NCBI GenBank assembly: GCA_950097015.1
Contig: CATNEN010000007.1
Location: 8,866,001-8,930,000, forward strand
Length of the DNA stretch: 64,000 nucleotides
Direction: 5' to 3'
Origin: Macrostomum hystrix
Lineage: Eukaryota > Animalia > Platyhelminthes
How positions within the stretch are numbered: position 1 is the stretch's first letter; each line of letters starts with the position of its first letter. A program made the position numbers and the translations under genes. Positions 22,969 through 50,711 of this stretch are shown here, in pieces. A model generated the notes under the pieces. It searched no databases. It was not told where the DNA came from and worked only from the letters and a program-made list of their open reading frames with translations.

Positions 22969-23445
22969 TGCTGCATCAGCACTCCCTGCATCAGCAGTAC
23001 TCCCTGCATCAGCAGCACTCCCTGCATCATCAGCACTCCCTGCATCATCAGCACTCCCTGCATCAGCAGCACTCCCTGCATCAGTAGCACTCCCTGCATC
23101 AGCAGCACTCCCTGCATCAGCAGCACTCCCTGCATCAGTAGCACTCCCTGCATCAGCAGCACTCCCTGCATCATCAGCACTCCCTGCATCATCAGCACTC
23201 CCTGCATCAGCAGTACTCCCTGCATCAGTAGCACTCCCTGCATCAGCAGCACTCCCTGCATCATCAGCACTCCCTGCATCAGCAGCACTCCCTGCATCAG
23301 CAGCACTCACTGCATCAGCAGCACTCCCTGCATCATCAGCACTCCCTGCATCAGCAGCACTCCCTGCATCAGCAGCACTCCCTGCATCAGCAGCACTCCC
23401 TGCATCAGCAGCACTCCCTGCATCAGCAACATTCCCTGCATCATT
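22969..23445. repeat. 18-bp minisatellite
   Basis: (CTGCATCAGCAGCACTCC) x ~26. Confidence 0.95.
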
Positions 23446-24006
23446 TCCCTGCAGATACATATGCAAAAAGTTAGAAAAGAGAAAAAATAAACGAAGCAAA
23501 ATTTTCCCCAGCAAGGAAATCTGAAACTAACAATGTGCATGAAAGCTAAATTAATTTGCTTTTGTTTTTATGTTTCTTGGAAACCAAGCAGTGCTTGAAG
23601 CCGCAGGTCTGACATGTCGAGTCAGTGCTTGCATAAACCGTTCAAATATTTCATTGTATTTTTCGATTAACTAAAGCAGCGTCACTTGATTTATAAAGTC
23701 ACGAGAAATGATTGATTTATAAATTGGGTTCAGGGTAACGATGCTTGACGCGATTCAGTAGCATCCGATTGCTTATGTACACAACAGTCAGCCAGTGGCT
23801 CTCGGTACTCTAGCAGGGATCGGGAAGTGAGATACGACAATGCGGGGACAATGTCCCGGCAGAGGGTGGGCAGGAAACTGTACCGAATGAGGTAGTGGGC
23901 AGGCGGGGGATCAGAGCGGCCGATGTGGTTGAAGCAATGCCCAAAGCAATTATTGTTAGCGCATCGACTGGCTCGAGTCGCGAATCCGAATGTCCCCGCA
24001 GCGCTG

Positions 24007-38554
<14,548 letters not shown>

Positions 38555-39208
38555 GGCGGAGCTCGGAGCCAGCAGCAACTCAAATATTCTTCTTCTGCCT
38601 CTTGTTCGGCCGTACTAGCCGATGGGTTTGGATTTTGCCGCGCGGCCTGTCGGTTTGTTAACTCGAAGCCAGGACCCAGTGGAAGTCTGTATCTGCTAGG
38701 CACGATTGTGCACCCCACGAGTGGGGATGCCGGCCGACCCCGCGCCGTTTTAATTAAGGCGGTTGGCAGTGGCGGCTGCGGCCCGCCCCACTCCGCCATG
38801 GAGTGCCATTGGCCAGTTGTGGGAGGCTACAAATAAGACCGAAATTCTGTCTCCGAGACAATAAGAAGCGAAGCGTTCGCCTGAATCCGAATGAAGCGGG
38901 TAAGGAGATTGATGACCTGCTTGGAAGCAATAAAGCGAGAAATTGTGTATGCGGAAAAATAAATTGACTTCGCTAAAAACTATTCCGCAGTGGAGGAGAG
39001 AAATAATTATTCTCAACTGAAAGCAGCGACGAATTGAATAAAGATTAACGTCTTCTGAGCCCCGAGCTGCTAGTTACTGCTCAAGCGGCTTCGGCAATTT
39101 CTCTTACAAGTGTTGTGCACAGGTACCCCTGAAATAGCGATTTTAATAACAACTGTTCAGTCCATGGACTGGGGGACGTCACACCCACACTCAATAGATT
39201 GTTCCTGT

Positions 39209-39268
39209 GGAGTCGGGAATCGAAACCCCGACCTTCAAGTCGTGAGTCCGACGCTCTAACCAGGCAAC
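39209..39268 (-). mobile_element. tRNA-derived SINE head remnant
   Basis: Minus strand GTTGCCTGGTTAGAGCGTCGGACTCACGACTTGAAGGTCGGGGTTTCGATTCCCGACTCC: A/B-box-like motifs, no acceptor stem. Confidence 0.5.
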
Positions 39269-39681
39269 AGTAAAAGTAAGATTTACTAAGAGAATTGGGA
39301 CAGCGTCCGTAGCAGCTCGTCATACTTCATTTACATCATGCAGTGTCAGTCAAGCCGCTGACCTGTTCTATTTGTCTGCAATTTATTTCATTTTTACTCT
39401 GGCAAAAAAACATTCCTCGCAAATCACGACAAAAAAAACTCGACCGATAAAAATTGCTGGTCAGTCTGCAGAGTAGAATGAAAATGGTGCGTCATGATGT
39501 GCCAGCTGATTATTTTTAAATGTTAATGTTTAATGTTTAAGAAAACCTGTGCTTTAATAATTGGTATTCAAAAGTAAGGAAAACGTAAAGCAGGTATAAA
39601 AAAGTAATGAGGCTTCTGAGAATTGCAACTAAGTTTTTAAGGCACACAGAAGTCTGAGATAACTGAAAAGTCAAAACAGTC

Positions 39682-40350
39682 GAACAATAGGAACATTGAT
39701 CTGTGCAGAAACAATAGGAACATTGATCTGTGCAGAAACAATAGGAACATTGATCTGTGCAGAAAAGTCAAATGGCGGTGCTCTGAGGAGTTTCCAATGC
39801 TAGTAAAAATGGCAATTAGCAACTTCATCTGCGGAATCCCAAAAGGAGAATCCCCATCAGTGGATTCTCCTTCCATTGAATAACAACAATAGGGGAGTCC
39901 CGATTCGCCAAAAACAACGATGGGGAATCCCGATTCATTAAATATCAATTGGCGAATCCCGATTAAAAAATAACGATGGCGGGATCCCGATTCATTGAAT
40001 ACCAATCGGGGAATTCCGATTCACAAAATAACGATGGGGAATCCCGATTCATTGAATATCAATCGGGGAATCCCTATACACAAAATAACGATGGGGAATC
40101 CCGATTCATTGAATATCAATCGGGGAATCCCTATTCACAAAATCACAATATGGGAGCCACGATTCACTTGATTTAATCGGGCAATCGGGAAATCACTTAA
40201 TCAAGGGAATCCCGATTTGGGAAAAAGATGCTTCTAAATCAGGACATTGGAGGAATCCCAATTAAAAAACTAACATTAGGGGAATCCCGATTTGCAAAAT
40301 AAAAATAAGGGAATCCCGATTCCCAAAATAACAGGAGGGGAATCCCGAGT
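39682..40350. repeat. 27-bp triplication followed by an old degenerate GGGGAATCCCGATTC array
   Basis: AACAATAGGAACATTGATCTGTGCAGA x3; many diverged GGGAATCCC units at 39830-40350. Confidence 0.75.
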
Positions 40351-40897
40351 CCAAATATGTGAAACGGGAATAGCAATAGTTTTGAAGGCTAACAGAAAAT
40401 CTCACTGCGCTAAATGGAAATGTTCAATGATAAAACATGTGGTTAAAAACAACAGTGGGATGCTCCACAGAGCAGCAGCCGGCAGACACGGACAAGGCGG
40501 GCAATTTGTGACCAGAGAAGTGAGCTGATAGTGGGCCAACTATCCCGAAATTGGGCTGCGTCGCACGTTACGCTCAAAAATTAGATTTTCTTGCTAAGTA
40601 GCTTTGCTGGAAATGAAGGATTTGGCTAATCCTGTAGGATTATTGAATGACAGCATTTGCTTAATCCTTACTAATTAGGGTGTCTGAAATCCAGACCTAA
40701 TCCAGTATCAAGCAGCTGGGCTGACTCTAAGCCTCCAGCTTACTGATCAATCGATTCCACCATTATTCTTTGGAAAAAATCTAAGAAAATGCAGCACAAA
40801 ACAGATACGCAAGGCATACATGTAGCTCAATGGAACAGTAATAACTAACAAAATATCTTTATGATGGTTGAAATCACCCAGTCACACCCCACTCAAA

Positions 40898-41083
40898 TGA
40901 GAACACCCCAGTCACATGAGAACACCCAAGTCACATGAGAACACCCTAGTCACATGAGAAAACCCCTGTCACCTGAGAACACCCCTGTCACCTGAGAACA
41001 CCCCTGTCACCTGAGAACACCCCTGTCACCTGAGAACACCCCTGTCACCTGAGAACACCCCTGTCACCTGAGAACACCCTTGT
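40898..41083. repeat. Minisatellite just 3' of the TRIM-NHL stop codon
   Basis: (TGAGAACACCCCTGTCACC)n. Confidence 0.9.
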
Positions 41084-41102
41084 CTTCCAGTCCCTGTCTC
41101 GC

Positions 41103-43577
41103 TCATGCGTAGGCAAACTGCCTGAGCTGTCCGTCCTGCTGCGCCACCCACAGATGTCCACCGGTGTCGAAGCAGCAGGCCCGGGGCGCCCGCAGGCCGT
41201 CGGCGGCCGTCAGAACGTAGCGCACGAAGCTGCCGCAGGAGTCCAGCAGGTGAACCCGGTGATTGGCGGAGTCGGGCACCAGAACCTGGCCCCCAGAGTC
41301 GCAGGCCGGAGCACCCGGACCGTTGAACTCGCCGAAGCTCTGGCCTTGACGGCCTTGCTTCTTCATGAAGACGCCGGTCTCGCTGAACACGAAGCAGCAG
41401 TGCTCAAACGGGTCGATGACGAAGATGCAGCCGCTGACGGGGTTCAGCAGGGCGTGGCGCGGTTTGGCCATGAGGCCCATGTGCTGCAGTTGCACGGACT
41501 CCGGCCGGGACCGCTCCAGCCTGCCCTTGGAGCTCACCCGGAGCCAGTCGACGGTGCGGTAGAGGCTGTCCACCACGCCGATCTCGCCGTCTCGACCGGC
41601 GAACGCGCAGTCGCAACTGTGGCAGGGCAGCAGTGAGCGACCCATTCCGTTCTCGCTGAACAGCACCGCCTTGTTGTCGCCTGAGTTGAGGGCGAGATGG
41701 CGATACTTTCTTTCGTTATTTGCGTTTTACTCTACTTTTATTGCCTTTTGAAGAGAGCTAAACAAGCTAATCAACTCTCGCATGAGTCTATGACTGCTTC
41801 TGAGCTAACTCAATCTTTCTTTTCTAGTAGTTTGCTTTTCTTTATTGCGTTCTTTTTCAGTGTTTTTAGTTTGACAGTAGAAAGACGCGAATATAGCTTC
41901 GTTACTATTAGTAACATAGTGCGCGCATGCACATCCATTGCGAACACTTGAATCCTTGATAATGATAATTATTATTGTTGGCGGCTTGTGACATCTGACG
42001 CATCCTTTGGCGACTGCCAACGCACAGCCAGGGAAGAAACACGCGAGGGTGTACGTCTGCCCTGACTTTTTCCTCATGCAATCTACAGTCTCACAGTGCC
42101 CTGGGTGGTTGGCCCTCACGGGCGTAAATTTTTCGACAAGCCCCCCAGCCTTCGGTCCGTGGTTGCACCCAAAACTGATGCGGCCTGGACACGATACGTC
42201 TCTGCCACCCACCCGCTTAAGTCAAATGTCTTTGAATTTGCTGATTGCGTTTCTTTCTGCGGACCCACTTTTGGGATGCGGGGTCGGGTCCGATAGTACG
42301 GAAGACCCATTCTGAATTCTCTCTTTTCGAACTGACTACCAAATCCTCCCCTGCTCACTGGGATCCCAAATCCACCCTGCTCACTGGGATCGCAGACAAC
42401 CACGCAGCCGCCGGTGGTGGGCACGACGTCGCCGGGAAAGGCCAGCTGGTAGTGGCCGCCGCCGATGAAGCAGCGAACAACTCGGCCGTCGGGAGCGAAC
42501 ACCTTCACCTTGAGGTTGGCGGAGTCGGACACCACGAGGCAGCCGTTCTCGCAGCAGGCCAGGCTCTCCACGCATGTCGCCGTCTTGTCCAGGACGTGAC
42601 GGGCGGTAAAGGACGCCATGCGCTGGAAGGGGTCCATGGCCGGCTCCAAGCAGACCTCGCCAAACTTGTCCAGGTCGGACAGCAGCGCCAGATTTTTCTC
42701 GTTCCATCGAAGACGTAGCCGGACCCGGCCTGGCGGAGTGAGGCTGGGGATGTTTCGCTTGGCCTCCATAAGCTTCATGCGCGTCTTCTCCTCCAGCTTG
42801 AAGATGTTGTCGGAGCGCAGGCAGGCGGCTAAGTCATTGCGCATCTCAGCCTGGGGCCGCACCATGTCCTTGTAGGTGCGCCAGGACTCCACAGCGGTGT
42901 CGTGCTCGGAGAGCGCCGGCTGGACGGCGGCGTCAATCGCAGTGCAAAGAGCGTCGCGCAGCTGGTCCAGCCGGGCGCGCAGCTCCGACACCTTCTGCGA
43001 CACCGACTCCTTGAGGGCGACGCTCTCCTGGAGACGGGAAAGTTTCTAGAAGTGAGTCTAGAGTGTGAGATTTGAGCATGCAATGAGCAGTATGCATCAG
43101 TCTTCTGAATGTCCCTGAACTGACCGCTAGCAGCATTTGCCTCCGGTCGGTGGCCGTCTCCATGGCCTTCTCCAGAGACACCTGAATGTCGCCAAATTGA
43201 GACACGGCGCCAGCCAGGTTATCGAACTTCTCCTCCACCGCTGCCGCGTGACTGATCACGTCATGACCCTCGTGGTTGACGAGACAGATAGTGCAAATTT
43301 TGGAGGCGCAGTCGCGGCAGTAGAAGCGGAAACTCTCAGCCTCATGTTCCGGATTGTCGCATGACAGGTGGTACTGGGCGTCCTCCATCTTCTGTTCAAG
43401 GTACATCTGGCGCAGCTTATAGCCTAGTATGCTGGGGATGCTGCCCGAAAGTATGTCGTTTTGAAATGCATAGTGACTATCGATAAGGCGACAGGAGGCT
43501 GAGTTTAGGTCCTCCATCTCCAGGTCCATTGTATCCAGGGAAGCTTTGTCCTCCGCTGCGGCGGCTGGCTTAGCCAT
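41103..43577 (-). CDS. B-box / coiled-coil / NHL-repeat protein (RING-less TRIM-NHL)
   Basis: Exons 43577-43125, 43027-42385, 41680-41103, phase-consistent. B-box2 C..PEH..FYCRDC..KICTICLVNHEGHDV; coiled coil; NHL repeats VVSDSANLKVKVF, GQSFGEFNGPG..VLVPDSANHRVHLL, GLRAPRACCFD..LWVA. Confidence 0.85.
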
Positions 43578-45332
43578 GGAGCTTAAACAGAAGTTATTTT
43601 TATTATCTAAATTCATTAGAATCTCTTTGATTTCGTCAGTATTTCAGATTTTATCAATTAAATGGGTGAAGCCAGATCATTGAGTTTAATACATTTTTGT
43701 CACTTTTTAGATTTTTTTTCTGAATAAAATAGAGTTTGAAGCCATGAATAAAGGTTATAATACGGTCGAGGTTAATGCCACCTGACATATGCAGATTTCG
43801 ACAGATAAATCGCTGAGCTACGCCCTCGTAAATTAAAAAATCATGGGAAAATTCACATATGGCCCTGCACATAAAATATGTCAAACATATACATATACAA
43901 ATTATGCTTTTTGCAGGCTATAATTATCGCAATAAAACTGACTAATTTTATTACTGATAACTTTGCATTAAAGAATCCATTTAGCATATAGATTGTCCTT
44001 GTCGATCATAAAATGAAAGCTTCTATATAGTTTTGCAATCTTATGAATATTTTAAAGAGCCATCCTAAAAAAGTAAACGAAAGCGATAAATAGCTGGTTG
44101 CTTAAAAAAGCTTTTAAGAAATGCAAAAGAACAATTACAAAAGTAAAAAAATTCGACTGCGAAGCTTGTAAATGTTTTTGAGCTACAGATAAACAAAACA
44201 AAACACAAGGGCGACTAAGTTCAATACTACTAAAAAGCAAATACTGCTAGTACGAGCGTATTTAGTTGTCCCTATTGAGCTTGAAATTAAACGAGTTTTT
44301 ATCGAAGTTGCTGCCAGCAAAATGTTTCAAAAAATGTACGTCAAACTTTAAGCTTCACACACCTTTAAACCATCAATGCTTAGTTTAAAAATAATCTGTT
44401 TTATTTATAATATTTTATAAAATATTGCCGTCGACTTATCATCGAAAGTAAATAGTTTTTTTTTCATTTTTAATGATTGCTTTGTTTTCCCGCGAACTAC
44501 CCCGGGATCGATAAATTATTGATCCAATATACCAGATAAACATTCAAATTAAAACAATCTGCAAGGAGAAGAGTCTACTTTAAAAACGATGACTGCCATA
44601 AAGGAAAGTAGGGATCAATTCGAACTCTAATTTCATAAAAACTTTCATTGAAATGGAGTCAATGGATTCAATTCATGGATTCAGTGCAGCGGTTAATTAT
44701 TAATACATTTCATAAGAGGCATTTATTCGCAAGACAGTCTACAATTGATTAAAATATAATAATTTCTCTGGAAATTGAAATAAGATCTTTTTCTTCTCTC
44801 CGCTATTTACGAGAAGCTCTAAAGGTTGAAGTTAAGTTTAATATTTCGGAGCATGACACCATTCAACGTTGTAATAAATAGTGATCTGCATGTTTGTAAA
44901 TAGGGACTATGATGAAATTCGAAGACTATGAAGTTTGGGGTATATAAAAACTATTCGCATTCTGCTCAATGTGTGTGTGAGCAGGATTGCATTCTAAGTA
45001 ATCTTAGTCCCAAGGCCGAACGTAAAAAAAGTTTTTCTATTTTTGAACGAACCTATATAATACATTATGGTGAAAAGCAACAAAGTTAAGCTGCAGATAT
45101 ATATTCCAAATATTCAAGTTTCTTAAATTATTCAAGGCTAGATGAAATGAGCTTGATTAATATTTAGCTACTTACTTTTGCTAATTTGCTTATTTGAAAT
45201 TCAATCGAAACATCGGGTTTTTAATATTGTTATTTTCTTTGAACTCTCCTGCAGCATTATAGCAACTCCAATGTAATTAATTGATATGCATACATATGTA
45301 TTGAACATGTGTTAAATCTGTTTAAAAGAGCA

Positions 45333-48300
45333 ATGACGAGTGATACTGAGAAAATGCATGAAGACAATGAAAAATCAACTGTCGCAAAAGGAAGCAATGG
45401 CATTGATGGTAGCATGAATCTCAAAAACTTAATCGCTGAGTGCACTTGTCCCGTGTGTCAAGGACTAATGGAGCGCCCGCAAAAATTACGCTGTAGCCAT
45501 TCACTCTGTCAGCGATGCCTGCGCCGTCTAAGACGTCGCTCTATTCGCGATGGTGGTCTTTTATGTCCCGTTTGTCGAGAAAAAACTGACCCTGAATACC
45601 CTGCTCAGGCTGATACTACTGTTGAGACACTTGTATCTATCCTGCTTCAAGTAAAAGGTGACCTCTGTCAGGAGCCAGACTGTTGGCTTAAGCCTGAAAC
45701 TTGCTGCCCTGCTTGTAGCACTCTTAGATGCCACGAGCATCACAAAAGTCGTTTTACTCAATTGAGACTAGAGTGCATACAGATATGCAACTCCGCAGAA
45801 GCTTTTTCTAGCAATGGCTCCATTGATGAAAGGCTACAGACACTTAAAGAGGCACAGGACTCGTTAGCTTCACTGCAGAAAGAAATGCAGGCTAACATAG
45901 AATTAAGAATCCAAGAATGCAGAAAACAATTAGAAAATCATCAATCTTCTTTGCTTCAACAACAAGCAAAATTCAACCCAGTTTCAAGTGAAATAAAAAA
46001 TGCTTTAGAAGAACTAAGAGTATTACAGGTAAGATAGTCTAATCATATGCATATCTAAACTATGTCTTTTTCAAAATTTTGCATCACATTTAGAATACTT
46101 TACTAGCATATTATCTAGGTAGCTGATGCTTTTTGTTTTCAAGCTAGGCCTAGTGTCAGATTATATTTTCTATTATATACGAGTATATATGTATATTTTT
46201 TTAATTTTCAGATTAGCACTAATATTGTATTATTAAACAAATGTCTATATTATTAATAAAATTGTTTGAGCTCTGCTATTCTAGTTCCTCAGTCCTCTTA
46301 CTAAATGTCTTAGCTATATATTTCACTAGGTAACTCTAGGTAAAAAGTTCGAATAACAGCCCAAGAAATTATCCTATAGCTAGCTATCAATCAACAAGTA
46401 ATTGGCTGCTAATATTTTAGTTCACCTAGTTATAAAATTGGCACAAAAATGCATTATTTAAGTTAGAAATTTGATTATGGGTTGTGGCTTTACTGTGTAT
46501 GTACTAAATAACTTTAAATAAGGATTGTTTGGAAGTGCTATACAGTTAGTTAGCTGTGTCTATGCTATTTTGTATGTATCTGGCCTGACTGGGCTAGTTG
46601 TAATGTCAACAGGCACAACAGTTTTACACAGGTGTGTAAATCTGGCCAGAAACTTGCACTGTCAGGCAGTGTGCACTCTCACTGGGCCTAAATGTTTCAA
46701 ATTACACTACAAGCCCCCAGACATATCTCTCCGGGACCCAAAATTAGTCATGACCCTGCCATTGGTTAGAGCTGAGGGAGCTTAGTGAGAGAGTTTCATG
46801 TGTTACTGCTCTGCCACTCAAAAGAAGAATACCTTCTTTGTAACAAACCAACCCGACCCAGACCACTGACAACTATGCCGCCATGCACGACATGGAGGAG
46901 CGACTTCGGCGGCTGCTGACGAGCGCCCGCCGCCTGCACCCGCCAGCTGAGATCCTGCCGCCACCAGCCGCCAAGGACTGCCTGCAAGGCCTGGACAGCG
47001 TCCTGGCCAGGATTCGAGTTGACACGGTTGCCAGGCCGTATGGGGATGCCGAGTCTGTTGCTAAGATGCGCAGGAGACAGTCAACTCGGCCACTGCAGCC
47101 CTGGGACCTGGCCCTCATTACCAATCTGGACGGAGTCTATCTGAAGGGTGGGCTTTTGGGATTTTTTCGATTTTGGGAGATTTGTGCTGGGTGAGATTTT
47201 GGGATTATTGATGACTAGCTGGGTGAGATTTTGGAATTATTGATGAGTGGCTGGGTGAGATTTTGGGATTATTGATGACTGGCTGGGTGAGATTTTTAGA
47301 TTATTGATGACTGGCTGGGTGAGATTTTGGAATTATTGATGACTAGCTGGGTGAGATTTTAGAATTATTGATGACTAGCTGGGTGAGATTTTGGAATTAT
47401 TGATAGATGAGATTTTAGACGCTAAGATTGCCGCCGCTCTTCAGACGACTGCCTGGCCGTGACTTCTGGAGAACTGCCGGCCGGTGGCAAGAGTCTGCCA
47501 GAGGGCTGCCGCTGTCTGCTGCTGGCGAACTTCAAGGGCTTCGCCACAAAGCGGCTGCACGCGTTCAACGGCTCCGAGGACGGCCGCGGCCAGGAGGTGG
47601 CCAGCGTCTGCCTGGAGCTGCCGCCTGGCGAGATGGCCGGCAAGATCGCCGTGTGCAACCGGCGCCAGATGATCTTCGCCAGCGAGCCGACTGAGCACTG
47701 CGTGTTCGCCTGCAACCTGGCCGGCCGCCTTTTGGCCAGGTTCGGCAAGCGGGGCAGCGAGCCGGGCCAGTTTAATGAGCCCATGAGCCTGTTCGCCTGG
47801 TGAGTGGCCGCAGGGCTTGCTGAAGGCGGTAAACTGATTAGTCAAGCAAGGCCCAGATAGAGCCAAGGTGTGAGAAATGGATTGATCAAAGGAGAGCTGG
47901 ATTAAGATAGGAGGAGAGGTAGATAAAGATGGGAGGAGAGGTAGATAAAGACGGAGGAGAGGTAGATAAAGATGGGAGGAGAGGTAGATAAAGATGGGAG
48001 GAGAGGTAGATAAAGATGGGAGGAGAGATAGGTAAAGATGGGAGGAGAGGTAGATAAAGATGGAGGAGAGGTAGATAAAGACAGGGAGGAGAGGTAGATA
48101 AATATGGGAGGAGAGGTAGATAAAGATGGGAGGAGAGGTAGGTAAAGATGGGAGGAGAGATAGGTAAAGATGGGAGGAGAGATAGGTAAAGATGGGAGGA
48201 GAGGTAGATAAAGATGGGAGGAGAGGTAGATAAAGACGGAGGAGAGGTAGATAAAGATGGGAGGAGAGGTAGATAAAGACGGAGGAGAGGTAGATAAAGA

Positions 48301-50020
48301 TGGGAGGAGAGATAAATAAAGACGGAGGAGAGGTAGATAAAGATGGGAGGAGAGGTAGATAAAGACGCAGGAGAGGTAGATAAAGATGGGAGGAGAGATA
48401 GGTAAAGATGGGAGGAGAGGTAGATATAGATGGGAGGAGAGGTAGATAAAGATGGGAGGAGAGGTAGATAAAGATGGGAGGAGAGATAGGTAAAGATGGG
48501 AGGAGAGGTAGATAAAGATGGGAGGAGAGGTAGATAAAGACAGGGAGGAGAGGTAGAAAAAGATGGGAGGAGAGGTAGATAAAGATGGGAGGAGAGGTAG
48601 ATAAAGATGGTAGGAGAGATAGATAAAGACAGGGAGGAGAGGTAGATAAAGATGTGAGGAGAGGTAGATAAAGACAGGGAGGAGAGGTAGATAGAGACAG
48701 GGAGGAGAGGTAGATAGAGACAGGGAGGAGAGGTAGATAGAGACAGGGAGGAGAGGTAGATAGAGACAGGGAGGAAAGGTAGATAAAGACAGGGAGGAGA
48801 GGTAGATAGAGACAGGGAGGAGAGGTAGATAGAGACAGGGAGGAGAGGTAGTTAAAGACAGGGAGGAGAGGTAGATAAAGATGGTAGGAGAGACAGATAA
48901 AGATGGGAGGAGAGGTAGATAAAGGCATGGAGGAGAGGTAGATAAAGACAGGGAGGAGAGGTAGATAAAGGCATGGAGGAGAGGTAGATAAAGATGGGAG
49001 GAGAGGTAGATAAAGATGGGAGGAGAGGTAGATAAAGATGGTAGGAGAGATAGATAAAGATGGGAGGAGAGGTAGATAAAGATAGGGAGGAGAGGTAGAT
49101 AAAGATAGGGAGGAGAGGTAGATAAAGATGGGAGGAGAGGTAGATAAAGATGGGAGGAGAGGTAGATAAAGATTGGAGAAGAGATAGATAAAGGCATGGA
49201 GGAGAGGCAGATAGAGGCATGGAGGAGAGGTAGATAGAGTGAGGGAGGAGAGGTAGATAAAGGCAGTGCACAAATGGGTGCATAGCAGAGGGGTGGGGTG
49301 GCTGAAAGATATAGAAGACCGCAGCAGGCGGGTGTGCAGCGACTTCTCGCAAATGCTTGCAGCGACCAGGGCCTGCTGTATGTGGTTGATAGCGAGAACA
49401 AGCGGGTGCAGCTCTTCAGCATTGACGAGGGCTTCAAATACGTCGACAAGCTGGAGCACCCGAAGTTCACGCGCCACGTGCACGGCGTCCACGTTGGCGC
49501 CGAGTGCGCCGTCGTGGCCGACCGCGAGAGCCGGCGTCTGTTCGCCTTCAGCCGGCGCACCCGGCAGCCACTGCTGGAGGTGGCCCTCCGCGGCCAGCCC
49601 TTCGACATCGTCAGCGACCAGTTCGGCAACCTGCTGGTCAGCGTCTCGGACCGGCGCTGCGTCTGCATCTTCAACCACAGCCTGACGGCCGCGCTGTACA
49701 TTGTGCTCCTGCGCACCGACAGGACAGACGGCGCCGCCCTGGTCCGCGCTCTGCCGCTGGCTGCGGCCTCCAGCCCCGACCATGCCGACTCGGCTGCCGA
49801 TGGAGAAGGCCCCGGCGGCGGTGGCGGCAATTCTGACTCGTCCAGCGACGACGGCACGGCTCCGCTGCGCCGGCTGCTCGGCGGAGTGGCCAGGGCGGCT
49901 GGCGGTGGCAAGAAGCCGCTGATTCACGGCCTGGCCTTCAACCCGGACACCGGCCGGCTGTTCGTCGCCGACACCTTCCGGTCCGCCCTGCTCACCTTCG
50001 ACATGCCGGCCAGCGCTTGA
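45333..50020 (+). CDS. RING / B-box / coiled-coil / NHL-repeat protein (TRIM-NHL E3 ligase-like)
   Basis: Exons 45333-46028, 46862-47147, 47445-47799, 49363-50020, phase-consistent. C3HC4 RING CPVC..LRCSHSLCQRC..LLCPVCR; B-box1-like C4C7C2C4C2H; NHL motifs FGKRGSEPGQFNEPMSL..LYVVDSENKRVQLF and IHGLAFNPDTGRLFVADT. Confidence 0.82.
47186..47404. repeat. 32-bp intronic minisatellite
   Basis: (CTGGGTGAGATTTTGGGATTATTGATGACTAG) x ~7. Confidence 0.9.
47908..49262. repeat. ~22-bp purine-rich intronic minisatellite
   Basis: (GGAGGAGAGGTAGATAAAGATG)n with variants. Confidence 0.95.
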
Positions 50021-50711
50021 GAACTAGAGATGGATTTCCCCAGACAAATTGAATTTATTTATTTAAATGCTTTTCCGTCTGCTCTAGAATTTTCCTATCG
50101 ATTGTCTTACTCGAGAATGTCTGCTTGCTAAATTAAATCGATTTAACAATTAAATCGATTGTTAACGCCTTAATCACCCCTCCCACCTGTGTACTCCTGA
50201 CTGGCTGATTCAGTCAAACTATTCGCAGCGTATTCAGCTATGGACACAAGTGAAATTTCAGCTTTGGGAAATCCCAAGCTGATGGTTGCCTTATTGATTT
50301 CCTAGAAAACGATGGCTCCTACTTGTCCAAACTTGCTTGTATGCCAGTAAAACACCATGCTGCCTGCCTGCTTGTTTATCTGATACCTTATTGACCTTCG
50401 TCTTTTTTTAACCGGACTTAACCCAGAACACAATGCCCCTCTAGCAAATTCCTGACAAATCATTCTTTTGGTTCTGGCGCTGAATCAGAAACATTTTCTA
50501 ATCGGTTGCACACAAAATAGATTAGAACATTTCGCCGATTCGAAAACGATCTTTCGGCTTTAACTCACGATTTTTAACACTTGGATTTTCCCGTCTAATT
50601 AAATGTGCATTTGAGATGTAATTACATTAATTTTTTTGAATTACTTGGTGCTGTTTAAAAAATATTTAATTAGTCTCGATCGTCGTTATGGGTGGGCTTT
50701 TGTTACGATAT

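Noticed and set aside
22876-23514. (DAGSAA)n ORF with a hydrophobic N-terminus, antifreeze/adhesive-like
   Set aside because: Several frames on both strands are open; the leader comes from T-rich flank with a non-ATG start
41950-42340. Possible retroposon in TRIM intron with an AAT-rich tail
   Set aside because: No recognisable head, TSD or protein motif
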